Shown here piece after piece: positions 19,329 to 29,630 of a DNA stretch of 44,798 nt. The notes under the pieces were generated by a model. The model was not told the origin of the DNA and searched no databases. It saw only the letters and a list, made by a program, of their open reading frames with translations. The stretch comes from Bacteroidales bacterium. GTDB taxonomy: Bacteria > Bacteroidota > Bacteroidia > Bacteroidales > UBA932. The stretch's first letter is position 1. Each line of letters begins with the position of its first letter. Where the stretch lies: the NCBI GenBank assembly GCA_030695305.1, contig JAUYTB010000119.1, positions 1-44,798 on the forward strand. Reading direction: 5' to 3'. A program made the position numbers and the translations under genes.

Positions 19329-19372
19329 TGCTCATAAAATGCTCACAGAATACTCACAGATTGCTCACAAAA
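19329..19372. repeat. Four imperfect tandem 11-bp repeats
   Basis: tgctcataaaa tgctcacagaa tactcacagat tgctcacaaaa. Confidence 0.8.
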
Positions 19373-19392
19373 TTTAGCACTGGTATACATAA

Positions 19393-19421
19393 CAAAGAGG
19401 CCGCTTTGGGCGGCCTCTTTG
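19393..19421. terminator. Intrinsic terminator between convergent genes (probably bidirectional)
   Basis: CAAAGAGGCCGC-tttgg-GCGGCCTCTTTG, 12-bp stem. Confidence 0.8.
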
Positions 19422-19457
19422 ACATTATGAACATAACAGTGAACTGTTAATTTACAA

Positions 19458-21584
19458 TCAGTTAAATTTTTGCAACAGCAACTCCATCAGCTTGATGGCA
19501 GCCGATGATATCGATGTTCCGGGGCCAAAGATTGCAACTGCTCCAGCTTTGTAGAGCGCATCGTAGTCTTGAGCGGGAATAACGCCTCCAACAATTACCA
19601 TGATATCTTCGCGGCCGTGCTTTTTGAGCTCGTTAACAATTTGCGGTACAAGGGTTTTGTGGCCGGCGGCGAGAGATGATACTCCCACAATGTGAACGTC
19701 ATTCTCTACTGCCTGTTTGGCTGCCTCTTCCGGAGTTTGGAACAGAGGTCCCATATCAACGTCAAACCCGCAGTCAGCGTAGCCGGTAGCAACAACCTTT
19801 GCTCCACGGTCGTGACCATCCTGTCCCAGTTTAGCGATCATTACACGAGGCTGACGCCCCTCTTTGACTGCAAACTCTGCAACCAGTCTCTTAGCTTTTT
19901 CAAATTCGGCATCATCCTTTACCTCACTTGAGTAAACACCTGTATTCATGCGAATTATTGCTTTATATCTCCCGGCTACGGCCTCACAAGCATCCGATAT
20001 CTCTCCAAGTGTTGCCCTTACTTTTGCAGCTTCAACGGCTAGCTCAAGTAAGTTTCCGCTCTTTTCGTCGGCAGCTTTTGTAATAGCAGCCAGAGCGGCT
20101 TTAACTTTGGCCTCATCACGGTTTGCACGAAGCTCTTTTAGTCGTTCGATTTGTGATTCACGAACTTTTGAATTATCTACATCAAGAATCTCCAAAGGAT
20201 CCTCTTTCTCCAGACGGTGCTTATTAAGACCGACTATGGTATCCAGACGCGAGTCAATTCTTGCCTGTTTGCGGGCAGCGGCCTCCTCAATACGAAGTTT
20301 TGGAATACCTGTCTCTATGGCTTTTGCCATACCTCCCAGTTTCTCTACCTCCTCAATGTGGCTCCATGCTCTCTCCGCTATCTCTGCTGTGAGCTTCTCT
20401 ACAAAGTATGAGCCGGCCCAAGGGTCAAGCGATTTTGTGATTTGGGTCTCCTCCTGGATATATATCTGTGTATTTCTGGCGATACGTGCAGAAAAATCTG
20501 TTGGTAGTGCAATTGCCTCGTCAAGTGCATTTGTATGAAGTGACTGAGTGTGGCCTAGTGTTGCAGCCATTGCCTCAACACATGTTCTTGCCACATTGTT
20601 GTAAGGATCCTGCTCTGTAAGTGACCATCCCGATGTTTGAGAGTGAGTTCTCAGAGACATAGATTTAGGATTCTTAGGGTTGAACTGTTTAACAAGTTTA
20701 GCCCATATCATCCTGGCTGCACGCATTTTAGCAATCTCCATAAAGTGGTTCATCCCTATTGCCCAAAAGAATGAGAGACGCGGGGCAAACTGATCTACAT
20801 CCATTCCTGCTGCGATACCGGTACGCAGATACTCAAGACCATCTGCAAGCGTATAGGCCATCTCAATGTCACAGGTGGCACCTGCCTCCTGCATATGATA
20901 TCCGGAAATTGAGATAGAGTTGAATTTAGGCATGTGGCCCGATGTAAATGAGAAGATATCTCCAATGATTCTCATTGAGAAATCGGGAGGATAGATATAG
21001 GTATTTCTTACCATGAACTCCTTTAGAATATCATTCTGTATAGTGCCGGAGAGTTCGTCCAGTTTTGCTCCCTGTTCAAGACCTGCAACAATATAGAAAG
21101 CGAGTATTGGAAGAACAGCGCCATTCATAGTCATCGAGACAGACATCTTGTTAAGAGGTATCTGATCGAAGAGAACTTTCATGTCCTCAACACTACAGAT
21201 ACTCACCCCAGCTTTTCCTACATCGCCTACAACACGTGGGTGATCTGCATCATATCCGCGGTGAGTTGCAAGGTCAAAGGCAACAGAAAGACCCTTTTGC
21301 CCTGCAGCAAGGTTACGGCGATAGAAGGCGTTTGACTCCTCTGCTGTGGAAAAACCTGCATATTGTCTCACTGTCCAAGGGTTCATAACATACATTGTAC
21401 TGTATGGCCCGCGGAGAAAAGGGGGTATACCGGCAGCATAGTTGAGATGCTCAAGACCCTCCAGGTCGGAGGCACTATATGTCCCTTTAATGCCAATTAA
21501 CTCCGGAGTCATAAAGGTAGATTGTGCTGCTTTAGATGCAGCTGAACCTCCGCTATATTTTATATCTGAAAATTTTGGTCGCAT
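19458..21584 (-). CDS. mutB: Methylmalonyl-CoA mutase large (B12-binding, catalytic) subunit
   Basis: [31 protein letters not shown]12 motif, SSLAAGH. Confidence 0.95.
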   Translation of the reverse strand: MRPKFSDIKYSGGSAASKAAQSTFMTPELIGIKGTYSASDLEGLEHLNYAAGIPPFLRGPYSTMYVMNPWTVRQYAGFSTAEESNAFYRRNLAAGQKGLSVAFDLATHRGYDADHPRVVGDVGKAGVSICSVEDMKVLFDQIPLNKMSVSMTMNGAVLPILAFYIVAGLEQGAKLDELSGTIQNDILKEFMVRNTYIYPPDFSMRIIGDIFSFTSGHMPKFNSISISGYHMQEAGATCDIEMAYTLADGLEYLRTGIAAGMDVDQFAPRLSFFWAIGMNHFMEIAKMRAARMIWAKLVKQFNPKNPKSMSLRTHSQTSGWSLTEQDPYNNVARTCVEAMAATLGHTQSLHTNALDEAIALPTDFSARIARNTQIYIQEETQITKSLDPWAGSYFVEKLTAEIAERAWSHIEEVEKLGGMAKAIETGIPKLRIEEAAARKQARIDSRLDTIVGLNKHRLEKEDPLEILDVDNSKVRESQIERLKELRANRDEAKVKAALAAITKAADEKSGNLLELAVEAAKVRATLGEISDACEAVAGRYKAIIRMNTGVYSSEVKDDAEFEKAKRLVAEFAVKEGRQPRVMIAKLGQDGHDRGAKVVATGYADCGFDVDMGPLFQTPEEAAKQAVENDVHIVGVSSLAAGHKTLVPQIVNELKKHGREDIMVIVGGVIPAQDYDALYKAGAVAIFGPGTSISSAAIKLMELLLQKFN

Positions 21585-21600
21585 ATATCGTTGTTTTTAT

Positions 21601-23463
21601 CTATTTAATTCCCAATAGAGTCTGATAATTATTTAGAGTCTCAAGCACATTGCTTTTAACACTTATAAAGTTTGTTATGCCTGCAGAGATTAGCTCCTCT
21701 TTACAGGCCGGTTCACCGGCAACAACTATAATCGCCTTGTCTGCACTAAGCTTTTTGATCTCAGGTACAGATAGAGCATACTCTTCGTCAGAAGAGCAGG
21801 CAACGATAATATCTGCTTTAGCATCAAGTGCTGCTTTAACACCATCCTCTACTGTATTAAAACGTGTATTGTCAACTACTTCAAATCCTGCAACGGCAAA
21901 GAAATTTGATGCAAATTGTGCTCTGGCGCGGCAAAATGCGAGATTGCCAAAAGTGAGCATAAATACTTTAGGTCGCTTTCCGCTAGTCTCTGTTGTAAAC
22001 CTAAGATGTTCAAACGCCTGAGCCCCGCGATATTTTTCAATAGGATCAATTACCGGAGTATTGCTTTTCTCCCAATTTGCTCCTCTGGTTACAACATCAA
22101 GGGTTACATCCTTATCGGCAACTTCGTTAAAATTAGGATATTGATTAGTTCCAAGTAGTATCTCCCTTCTTGTTGCTATACTGAGATCCCTTTTGGTTGA
22201 TGTTGCCTTAATCTCTCCCTGAACAAAACCCTCTTTTAGGGAGTTAATATAACCGCCTTTATCCTCTGTTTTCATGAACAGCTTCCAGGCATGTTCGGCT
22301 ACAGATGCAGTGAGTGTCTCAATATAGTATGAGCCTGCTCCGGCATCGGTTATCTTATCAAAATATGACTCCTCTTTAAGTATTATCTGAGTGTTCCTTG
22401 CAACTCGGTTGCTAAAGGTGTCAGGCTCACGGAATGTATAGTCAAATGGCAGAACTTCAAGGGAATCAACTCCTGCAAGTGCAGCACTCATGGCCTCGGT
22501 TGTGCCACGGAGAAGGTTTACATGGGCATCATACACAGTCATATTCCACTGACTTGTAACTGCATGGATATTAATTTTATGTGCAGTCTCACTTACTGCA
22601 CCATACTCTTTAGATATATTTGCCCATAACATCCTTGCTGCACGAAACTTAGCAATCTCAATGAAGTAGTTTGGGCCGATGGCAAATGTAAATTTGATGC
22701 GGGAGGCGGCCTCATCTGCGCTGAATCCCATATCTTTAAGAATATTCATATACTCACTACCCATAGAGAGAGCAAATCCCAGCTCTTGAACACTAGTTGA
22801 ACCTGCGTCATTAAAGGCATACCCCTCTACCCCTATTACCCGGATTCCGGAGTACTCTTTAACCAGCTCCATACAGCTCTTTATTGCAGATTTATAGTCA
22901 CTGCAGCAGAAATTTCCTGTTGTTGTCAGAATTCTAAGAGGATCAAAGTCAAAAGAGGCTTTGATATCAGCAGAGTTTACTCCGGAATCAGAAGCCACTC
23001 TAATAAATGATTCAATAATTTCCGGTGTGGCACAAGAGCACCCCTCAAAGTTAATCTCTGTCTTTGAAAGATCTATCCCCTTAAGAAGGATAGCCATTTT
23101 ATCCGGCCCGATACCTCTCTTCCCATCGATGCAAAATCCAACGGAGGTTACACCTTTTTTAAGTCCGTCGAGTGCTTGCTCGTTGGCCTTAACAAAGCTC
23201 TCCCATGCACAGTAACCCTGACGGACAAGCCAGTTATTTCCTGCTTCTGTCCCGCGAACATATGGGAACTCTGCAGGATTGCTCCCCAGATGGTTTAATT
23301 TGTCAAGATCTTCTGCGCGATAATAAGGGCGAACCGAAAAACCCTCAGTTGTTTTCCAAACGAGCCTTTTTTCGTAATCGGCTCCTTTCAGGTCCTTGTT
23401 AATAACCTCTTCCCACTGTGATGTAGAAACAGGTTGAAACTCAGAAAATAGTCTTTCTGCCAT
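21601..23463 (-). CDS. mutA: Methylmalonyl-CoA mutase small subunit
   Basis: EIAKFRAARMLW, ARNTQIILKEES, GTNQYPN, CSSDEEY; no DxHxxG motif. Confidence 0.92.
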   Translation of the reverse strand: MAERLFSEFQPVSTSQWEEVINKDLKGADYEKRLVWKTTEGFSVRPYYRAEDLDKLNHLGSNPAEFPYVRGTEAGNNWLVRQGYCAWESFVKANEQALDGLKKGVTSVGFCIDGKRGIGPDKMAILLKGIDLSKTEINFEGCSCATPEIIESFIRVASDSGVNSADIKASFDFDPLRILTTTGNFCCSDYKSAIKSCMELVKEYSGIRVIGVEGYAFNDAGSTSVQELGFALSMGSEYMNILKDMGFSADEAASRIKFTFAIGPNYFIEIAKFRAARMLWANISKEYGAVSETAHKINIHAVTSQWNMTVYDAHVNLLRGTTEAMSAALAGVDSLEVLPFDYTFREPDTFSNRVARNTQIILKEESYFDKITDAGAGSYYIETLTASVAEHAWKLFMKTEDKGGYINSLKEGFVQGEIKATSTKRDLSIATRREILLGTNQYPNFNEVADKDVTLDVVTRGANWEKSNTPVIDPIEKYRGAQAFEHLRFTTETSGKRPKVFMLTFGNLAFCRARAQFASNFFAVAGFEVVDNTRFNTVEDGVKAALDAKADIIVACSSDEEYALSVPEIKKLSADKAIIVVAGEPACKEELISAGITNFISVKSNVLETLNNYQTLLGIK

Positions 23464-23502
23464 ATCTGTTTTTATTTATTGAATGTTGTCAAAATAATTT
23501 CG

Positions 23503-23510
23503 CAAATCTA
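23503..23510 (-). promoter_or_regulatory. -7 box for mutAB
   Basis: TAGATTTG matches TAnnTTTG. Confidence 0.55.
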
Positions 23511-23590
23511 CAAATTCTTTACCGATATATTAAACCTTTTGTTATATTCTTAGTCATAAAGGCAGAATTAACAATTAAAAAAAGAAAAAG

Positions 23591-24127
23591 ATGAAAAAGG
23601 TTTACATTACACTAATTATTTCTTTAATAGCGTTTTCGCTGACTGCCCAGAATCGTCAGGTTCAGGAAAGGGGTTTCATGGGCGCAAACCCTGCAAAGCT
23701 TGGGCCAAACTTCACAACAGAGCAGGCAGAGGCAATTAAAGCCACCCGCTTTGAGTTTCAAAAAGAGATGGTTTTAGTTAACAATCAGATTGCAGAGAAG
23801 AGAGCTCAGCTCAAGACTCTACAGCAAGTTGACAAACCTGATATGAGATCAATAAACTCTAAGATTGATGAGATTACTACCCTACAGAATAAGAGAATGA
23901 AGGCAGCTGCTGCAAATCAGGCAAAGATTCGCTCACTTCTTACAGATGAGCAGAGAGTTATGTTCGATAAAAGGATGGGACAAAGAGGAGATGCAAAGCA
24001 AAAAGGGATGCGCTCGCAAAAGATGATGAACTCTCATAAAATGATGCAAATAAACAGAGGTGCTCAGCAACCAGGTGTTTATCAGAAAGAAATTATTAAA
24101 AGAGGTGCAAAACCTGTTAATGACTAA
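23591..24127 (+). CDS. Spy/CpxP-like periplasmic protein
   Basis: Signal peptide; FTTEQ and LLTDEQ (LTxxQ-like) motifs; helical, Met-rich tail. Confidence 0.75.
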   Translation: MKKVYITLIISLIAFSLTAQNRQVQERGFMGANPAKLGPNFTTEQAEAIKATRFEFQKEMVLVNNQIAEKRAQLKTLQQVDKPDMRSINSKIDEITTLQNKRMKAAAANQAKIRSLLTDEQRVMFDKRMGQRGDAKQKGMRSQKMMNSHKMMQINRGAQQPGVYQKEIIKRGAKPVND

Positions 24128-24990
24128 GCACCTCTCTCAAGGTCTTTAGCTTTATCTCCATAGCTAATCATACCGGCATCGGAATCATCGCCATGAGAGT
24201 CTCCGGAAAAAGGGACTAAAGGCGAAATTCCTTTGCCGGTATTGGTTTTCTTTTCTTTTAGGACAGCTTTTCTAAGTTCAAAATTTTCGCCAAGATATTT
24301 TCTTCTTACCTCCGGATTATTTGCCAGAGTCTCTGCTGTTCCGCTCTCAAGAATACTCCCTTCATAAAGAAGATAAGCTCTGTCGGTTATTGCAAGAGTC
24401 TCATGAACATTGTGATCGGTAATAATAATTCCAATATTTTTTGTCTTTAGATTGGCAATAATATGCTGGATATCCTCAACTGCAATAGGGTCTACGCCGG
24501 CAAAAGGTTCATCCAGAAGAATGAATTTTGGGTCAATAGCGAGGGCCCTTGCAATTTCGCACCTTCTTCTCTCCCCTCCCGAGAGTTGTACGCCAAGATT
24601 CTTTCTCACTTTGTGAAGCCCAAATTCATCAAGAAGATTTTCCAGCCTCTCCGCCCTCTCGCTCTTTGTCAGGACAGAGAGCTCCATAACTGCCATAATG
24701 TTATCCTCTACACTAAGTTTTCTAAAGACAGATGCCTCTTGAGCAAGATAGCCAAGTCCTCTTTGTGCCCTTTTATACATTGGGAGTTTTGTAATCTCTT
24801 CATTGTCAAGAAATATTCTTCCAGCATTAGGCTTTATCAATCCTGTTATCATATAAAAGCTGGTAGTTTTTCCGGCACCGTTCGGCCCAAGCAGCCCCAC
24901 AATTTCCCCCTGTTCTACCTCAATAGAGACATTTTTAACGACTGTACGTGCTCCGTACTTCTTTACAAGATTACTGCAGTGTAAACGCAT
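24124..24990 (-). CDS. lptB: LPS export ABC transporter ATP-binding protein
   Basis: [50 protein letters not shown]. Confidence 0.93.
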   Translation of the reverse strand: MRLHCSNLVKKYGARTVVKNVSIEVEQGEIVGLLGPNGAGKTTSFYMITGLIKPNAGRIFLDNEEITKLPMYKRAQRGLGYLAQEASVFRKLSVEDNIMAVMELSVLTKSERAERLENLLDEFGLHKVRKNLGVQLSGGERRRCEIARALAIDPKFILLDEPFAGVDPIAVEDIQHIIANLKTKNIGIIITDHNVHETLAITDRAYLLYEGSILESGTAETLANNPEVRRKYLGENFELRKAVLKEKKTNTGKGISPLVPFSGDSHGDDSDAGMISYGDKAKDLERGA

Positions 24991-25023
24991 TATATTAATT
25001 ATATCACCGTATATATCTATGAG

Positions 25024-26772
25024 TTACTTTAACTCAAGTTTGAGATCTTTTTGCATCTCTTTAACTTCCGGATAGTTCTCCATCAAAAACTTTGCCTTTT
25101 CCTGGGGCATATACATTTTATTATCCTTAGGGTCGTCATCCGGTGTTACCTCTATTTCTAGAGTAACATACTTGTTGTTAAGGTTAACTTTAAGGAATTC
25201 AATTAGTCTTGGTTTGCAATTCTGTTCAATCCAACTCTTTTGCAGCTCATTTTTTACAGGAAAAACTATTATTGTATTGTCCCTGACAGATGGCTCTGTC
25301 TGGGATATTGTTGTGGAGAGTCTTGGAAGCGAACTTTCGGCCTCTGCCATTCTCTTCCATATTTCGTTTAGTCTCTCCTGTTCTATGGTATCACTGCCTA
25401 TCTCCCTCTCTGTTGAGCTCGTTGCAGATCTTCCGTTCTTGCCGGCACTCTTTATAAGATTCTTGATTGAGATAGTTGTGGCACTTCCGGTATGACTCTC
25501 TGGTGTAGGGCTCTCTGTAACATCAGCAGCTTTTGCCTGTGGTGCAGGGCTCTCCGGGGCAGCAATTTTTGCCTGTGGTGCAGGGCTCTCTGTAACGTCA
25601 GCAGCTTTTGCCTGTGGTGCAGGGCTCTCCACCACAGCATCAGTTTTTGCCGGAGCGGCATTATCTCCAACCCATGCCGGTGAATTTATACGGCAAAGTC
25701 TTATAAGAGCAATCTCAATATGAAGTCTCTGATGTCCGCTGCTTTTATAGCCCGCTTCACAAGTCGTGGTTAATGTGAGAGCATCGTAAAGAAAATGGAG
25801 AGAGCATGACTCTGCCTGAGCAATATATTTGTCACGGAACGAAGGTGCAAGCTCTAAAAGTGATATCGTGCTCTTATCTTTACAAATGAGAAGATCTCTA
25901 AAATGTGAGCTCAACCCCCCGATAAAGTGGAGAGCACTGAACCCCTTTGAAAGAATCTCATCGAAGAGTAAAAGAGTGTCGCTGTGCCTGCCTTGAAGAA
26001 AAAGGTCGGTAAGTCTTATATAGTAATCGTAGTCAAGAACATTCAAAGAAGAAATAATGCTCTCGTATGATATACTCTTCCCGCAAAAAGCTACTGCCTG
26101 ATCAAAGATTGTCAAAGCATCCCGCATTGCTCCATCTGCCTTTTGGGCAATTATATGAAGTGCTTCCGGATGTGCTGAGACACCCTCTTTAACCGAGATA
26201 TCATTTAGGGTCTTTACAATATTTGCAACCGAAATCCGGTTAAAGTCATAAGTTTGACATCTGGATAGTATAGTAGGAAGAATCTTATGCTTTTCTGTTG
26301 TGGCTAAAATAAAAACAGCATGCGAAGGGGGCTCTTCCAGTGTTTTGAGGAAAGCGTTGAAGGCAGATGCCGAGAGCATATGCACCTCATCGATAATATA
26401 AACACTATATTTCCCAATCTGTGGTGCTATTCTTACAAGTTCGTTAAGCTGACGGATATCATCTACAGAGTTGTTGGATGCAGCATCAAGTTCATGAATT
26501 GAGTAGGAGCGACCCTCCGCAAAAGAGACGCAGGATTCACACTTTCCGCAAGGATCCATGGTCTCTCCCGGATCCAAACAGTTTATTGTTTTTGCAAAGA
26601 TTCTTGCAGTTGTCGTCTTACCAACACCTCTTGGCCCACAAAAAAGATAGGCGTGTGCAAGCTGATTCCGGAGAATCGAATTTTTAAGCGTTGTTGCAAT
26701 ATTCTCTTGTCCGATAAGACTTTCGAAGCTATCGGGACGGTATTTCCTGGCAGAAACAATAAATCTTTCCAT
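25024..26772 (-). CDS. dnaX: DNA polymerase III subunit gamma/tau
   Basis: ARKYRP, GPRGVGKTT, zinc Cys cluster, DAASN, IIDEVHML, SRCQ; likely start ATG 26772. Confidence 0.95.
   Translation of the reverse strand: MERFIVSARKYRPDSFESLIGQENIATTLKNSILRNQLAHAYLFCGPRGVGKTTTARIFAKTINCLDPGETMDPCGKCESCVSFAEGRSYSIHELDAASNNSVDDIRQLNELVRIAPQIGKYSVYIIDEVHMLSASAFNAFLKTLEEPPSHAVFILATTEKHKILPTILSRCQTYDFNRISVANIVKTLNDISVKEGVSAHPEALHIIAQKADGAMRDALTIFDQAVAFCGKSISYESIISSLNVLDYDYYIRLTDLFLQGRHSDTLLLFDEILSKGFSALHFIGGLSSHFRDLLICKDKSTISLLELAPSFRDKYIAQAESCSLHFLYDALTLTTTCEAGYKSSGHQRLHIEIALIRLCRINSPAWVGDNAAPAKTDAVVESPAPQAKAADVTESPAPQAKIAAPESPAPQAKAADVTESPTPESHTGSATTISIKNLIKSAGKNGRSATSSTEREIGSDTIEQERLNEIWKRMAEAESSLPRLSTTISQTEPSVRDNTIIVFPVKNELQKSWIEQNCKPRLIEFLKVNLNNKYVTLEIEVTPDDDPKDNKMYMPQEKAKFLMENYPEVKEMQKDLKLELK
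25501..25629 (-). repeat. Intragenic 36/39-bp tandem repeat in the dnaX linker
   Basis: 24-bp core TTTTGCCTGTGGTGCAGGGCTCTC (plus strand) at 25531, 25567 and 25606, plus a degenerate copy at 25501; encodes ESPAPQAK repeats. Confidence 0.9.
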
Positions 26773-26778
26773 ACCTGA

Positions 26779-26806
26779 CAAAAGTACAAATTTTTATCTA
26801 ATTTTG
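26779..26806. promoter_or_regulatory. Closely spaced divergent -7 boxes (dnaX and the 26830 operon)
   Basis: TACTTTTG on minus (26786-26779) and TAATTTTG on plus (26799-26806). Confidence 0.55.
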
Positions 26807-26829
26807 TATCTGCTAAAAAAACGTGAGCG

Positions 26830-27681
26830 ATGAGACATTTTTCAATAATTATTCTGTTTCTCCTGATTACTACCGGAGTGCAGGCTCAAAGGATTGTAAG
26901 AGAGACAAAACATACCTTTGAAACTTTCGGGGCTAAGATTACAAAAGTGGTAATCCCCTCTACATCACTTCCAGACCTTATGCTCAGAGATGCTGTAAAC
27001 AGAGGATGGAGAATATCTCCGTTTGAATTCTGCTCTTTTGAGGAGTATAACAGATTAAAATCTGATACAAACTTCTTCTTTCTTATGAGGGTAGATGGAA
27101 TGTATAAAAGAGAGCTCGAGCCAAAAATTGAGTATTTAACCCTTATAAAGGGGGGGCCGGAGGTTAAGAGAGGACTCTACAGTAGTCAAAATATTATTAC
27201 CCTGCCACTACAGGAGAGTGACGATAATAGCGGAAAGAGTCTTCATCTTTTACCTGTCTATATAGACATTATTCAAAATCACATATATAAAGTTCAACAA
27301 AATATTCTTCTTGCTTTTAAGGGAACTCTGAGTTATTCTGACAGAGTTAGCGAGATCAAGGGAAAGGAACTTCTCTTCTCAACAGATTTGTTAGGTTATG
27401 ATATAGATGAAGATGAGTTTACCAAGCTCTTTGGCGGCGCTGTCAAATTGGTATCTGCAGACGACCTGGAGGATGCAATTATTAACAATCATAAAAACAC
27501 GGTTGTTCCTGTAATCATTAATCCAAAAGGAGATTCGGAGGGCTCATTCTGCTATAAACTGATTATAGGCACAGATTCTCATGAACTTCTCTTTTTCCGA
27601 AGGCATAAGGTGAGCAGGAGACTTCCTGTCGGTTTTACAAAAGAGGATATCAGGAAAATTTCCGTACCTTTCCGGTTTTAG
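26830..27681 (+). CDS. Hypothetical secreted protein
   Basis: 283-aa ORF with signal peptide (VQA cleavage); 3 nt from the next gene. Confidence 0.75.
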   Translation: MRHFSIIILFLLITTGVQAQRIVRETKHTFETFGAKITKVVIPSTSLPDLMLRDAVNRGWRISPFEFCSFEEYNRLKSDTNFFFLMRVDGMYKRELEPKIEYLTLIKGGPEVKRGLYSSQNIITLPLQESDDNSGKSLHLLPVYIDIIQNHIYKVQQNILLAFKGTLSYSDRVSEIKGKELLFSTDLLGYDIDEDEFTKLFGGAVKLVSADDLEDAIINNHKNTVVPVIINPKGDSEGSFCYKLIIGTDSHELLFFRRHKVSRRLPVGFTKEDIRKISVPFRF

Positions 27682-27684
27682 CAA

Positions 27685-28926
27685 ATGGAGATTATAACAA
27701 CACAACTTGACTCGGGTATCGGATACGCTTTTCGCAGAATTTCCTCACCCGTTGCATATTGTGCTTTAAGCATAAAAGCGGGGACACGGGATGAGGAGCC
27801 TGTACTTAATGGGATTGCTCATCTTACAGAGCATATGCTATTTAAAGGTACAGCTACAAAGGGATCCAGAAGAATCAATAATTTTCTGGAGAGCTTAGGA
27901 GGAGAGCTTAATGCATATACTACAAAGGAGGAGACAGTTATCCATGCAACCGTTCTTAAGGAGGATATCTCAAAGGCAGTTGAACTTCTTAGCGATCTCG
28001 CCTTTAATTCGCTTTATCCGGAGAAAGAGCTTCTTAAGGAGAGGGATATAGTGCTTGATGAGATCTGTTCATATAAGGATTCTCCATCCGAGCAGATCTT
28101 TGACGATTTTGACGAATATCTATTTGGAAAACACCCTCTCTCAATGCCTATCTTAGGCAAACCAAAAAGTGTAAAGCAGATAGGTGTCGATAATATTAAG
28201 AGATTCACAGGTACATACTATCTCCCCTCTAATATGAGTTTTGCAATAGTTGCAGATATTACCCCGGAGAGGGGTGCACAGCTCGTTGAGAGATATTTCG
28301 GAAAAAAAGAGAACAACGGGAAGGCACCAAACGGTATTGAGAGATGTGTAGAGAGAGATATATCTGCACTTCCGGCCGAGAGGATAAAAAGGGTCTCAAG
28401 AAAGACCCATCAGGCACATTGTGTAATGGGAGTATCTGCATATTCACTCTATAATGAGAAGAGAATGGCACTAGCCCTTCTCTCCAATATTCTTGGAGGC
28501 CCTGCTCTTAACTCAAGGCTCAACCACTCATTGAGAGAGAAACACGCCCTCGCCTATACAGTTGACTCCTCTTTTACACCCTATACAGACACCGGTCTCT
28601 TTACAATATATTTCGGGACAGATAAAAACAGTATTGAACGATGCCTTGATATTGTTTATAAGGAGTTAGATGTATTGAAAAATAAAGAGTTATCTCCGGC
28701 ATCACTAAAAGCCGCCAAAAAACAGCTGCTGGGACAACTCGCCATCTCTACAGATAATGCCGAATCTCAGTGCCTCTCAATGGGGAAATCTCTGTTGTTT
28801 TATGGTAAGGTAGAACCAATTGAATCAATTATGGAGAGGATATCTGCAATCGACTCACAACGGCTTAATATGGTTGCAAAGGAGATCTTAGATCCGGAGA
28901 GGATGTTTACTCTCATTTACAGCTGA
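27685..28926 (+). CDS. M16 family (pitrilysin-like) zinc peptidase
   Basis: Inverted zinc motif HLTEH (HxxEH), NAYT, SRLNHSLREKHALAY. Confidence 0.92.
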   Translation: MEIITTQLDSGIGYAFRRISSPVAYCALSIKAGTRDEEPVLNGIAHLTEHMLFKGTATKGSRRINNFLESLGGELNAYTTKEETVIHATVLKEDISKAVELLSDLAFNSLYPEKELLKERDIVLDEICSYKDSPSEQIFDDFDEYLFGKHPLSMPILGKPKSVKQIGVDNIKRFTGTYYLPSNMSFAIVADITPERGAQLVERYFGKKENNGKAPNGIERCVERDISALPAERIKRVSRKTHQAHCVMGVSAYSLYNEKRMALALLSNILGGPALNSRLNHSLREKHALAYTVDSSFTPYTDTGLFTIYFGTDKNSIERCLDIVYKELDVLKNKELSPASLKAAKKQLLGQLAISTDNAESQCLSMGKSLLFYGKVEPIESIMERISAIDSQRLNMVAKEILDPERMFTLIYS

Positions 28927-28950
28927 TTATAATTCATAAAACAGACTGAT

Positions 28951-29592
28951 ATGGACTCCCTCACAGATGACTATCTTTTAAACAATATCTCTCCGGAAGA
29001 TCCTGTGCTGGAATGGCTGGAGAGGGAAACCAATATTCGGACTACACACGGCAGAATGCTCTCCGGCCCACTTTTGGGGAGATTGCTTACCACATTTTCA
29101 AGAATGGTTAAACCACAGAGAGTTCTGGAGATTGGTACATTTACCGGTTACTCTGCAATATCTCTTGCAAGAGGTTTAGAGGGGTGTGGCCATCTGGATG
29201 CTGTTGAGAAAAACAATTTGCATGAAGAGTTGATATATGAGGCGTTTGAGAGGGCAGGGGTAAGAGAGAGAATAACTCTACATCTGGGAGATGCGGCAGA
29301 TGTACTTAAAAACCTTGCCGGTAATATATATGATCTGGTCTATATAGACGGCAATAAGAGAGAGTATTGTAAATACTATGAGCTGGTATTCGATTTAGTA
29401 CGTGTTGGGGGATATATATTGGCAGACAACGTATTGTGGTATGGCAAGGTGATGAGAGACCCATTGCCATCAGATGCCCAGACAAAAGAGATCTTTCGCT
29501 TTAATAAAATGGTACACGAAGATTCCAGAACAGAGAGTTATATTCTGCCGGTACGTGACGGATTGACTATTATCAGAAAACTGTGTAAATAA
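28951..29592 (+). CDS. O-methyltransferase (caffeoyl-CoA/YrrM family)
   Basis: LEIGTFTGYS, YIDGNK, ADNVLWYG, PVRDG. Confidence 0.9.
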   Translation: MDSLTDDYLLNNISPEDPVLEWLERETNIRTTHGRMLSGPLLGRLLTTFSRMVKPQRVLEIGTFTGYSAISLARGLEGCGHLDAVEKNNLHEELIYEAFERAGVRERITLHLGDAADVLKNLAGNIYDLVYIDGNKREYCKYYELVFDLVRVGGYILADNVLWYGKVMRDPLPSDAQTKEIFRFNKMVHEDSRTESYILPVRDGLTIIRKLCK

Positions 29593-29606
29593 TAGAAATT
29601 GAATGC

Positions 29607-29614
29607 TATCTTTG
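29607..29614 (+). promoter_or_regulatory. -7 box for the ECF sigma gene
   Basis: TATCTTTG 16 nt before the ATG at 29631. Confidence 0.55.
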
Positions 29615-29630
29615 GATATACCATTTTTTC

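Noticed and set aside
19692-23402. Several antisense ORFs within mutAB (and similar ones in parE, thrA, lptB, susC, dsbD)
   Set aside because: Fully nested antisense to conserved genes, with no motifs; explained by codon-structure shadows.
25501-25629. CRISPR-like array
   Set aside because: Spacers are only 12-15 nt, similar to each other, in frame within dnaX, and there are no cas genes.
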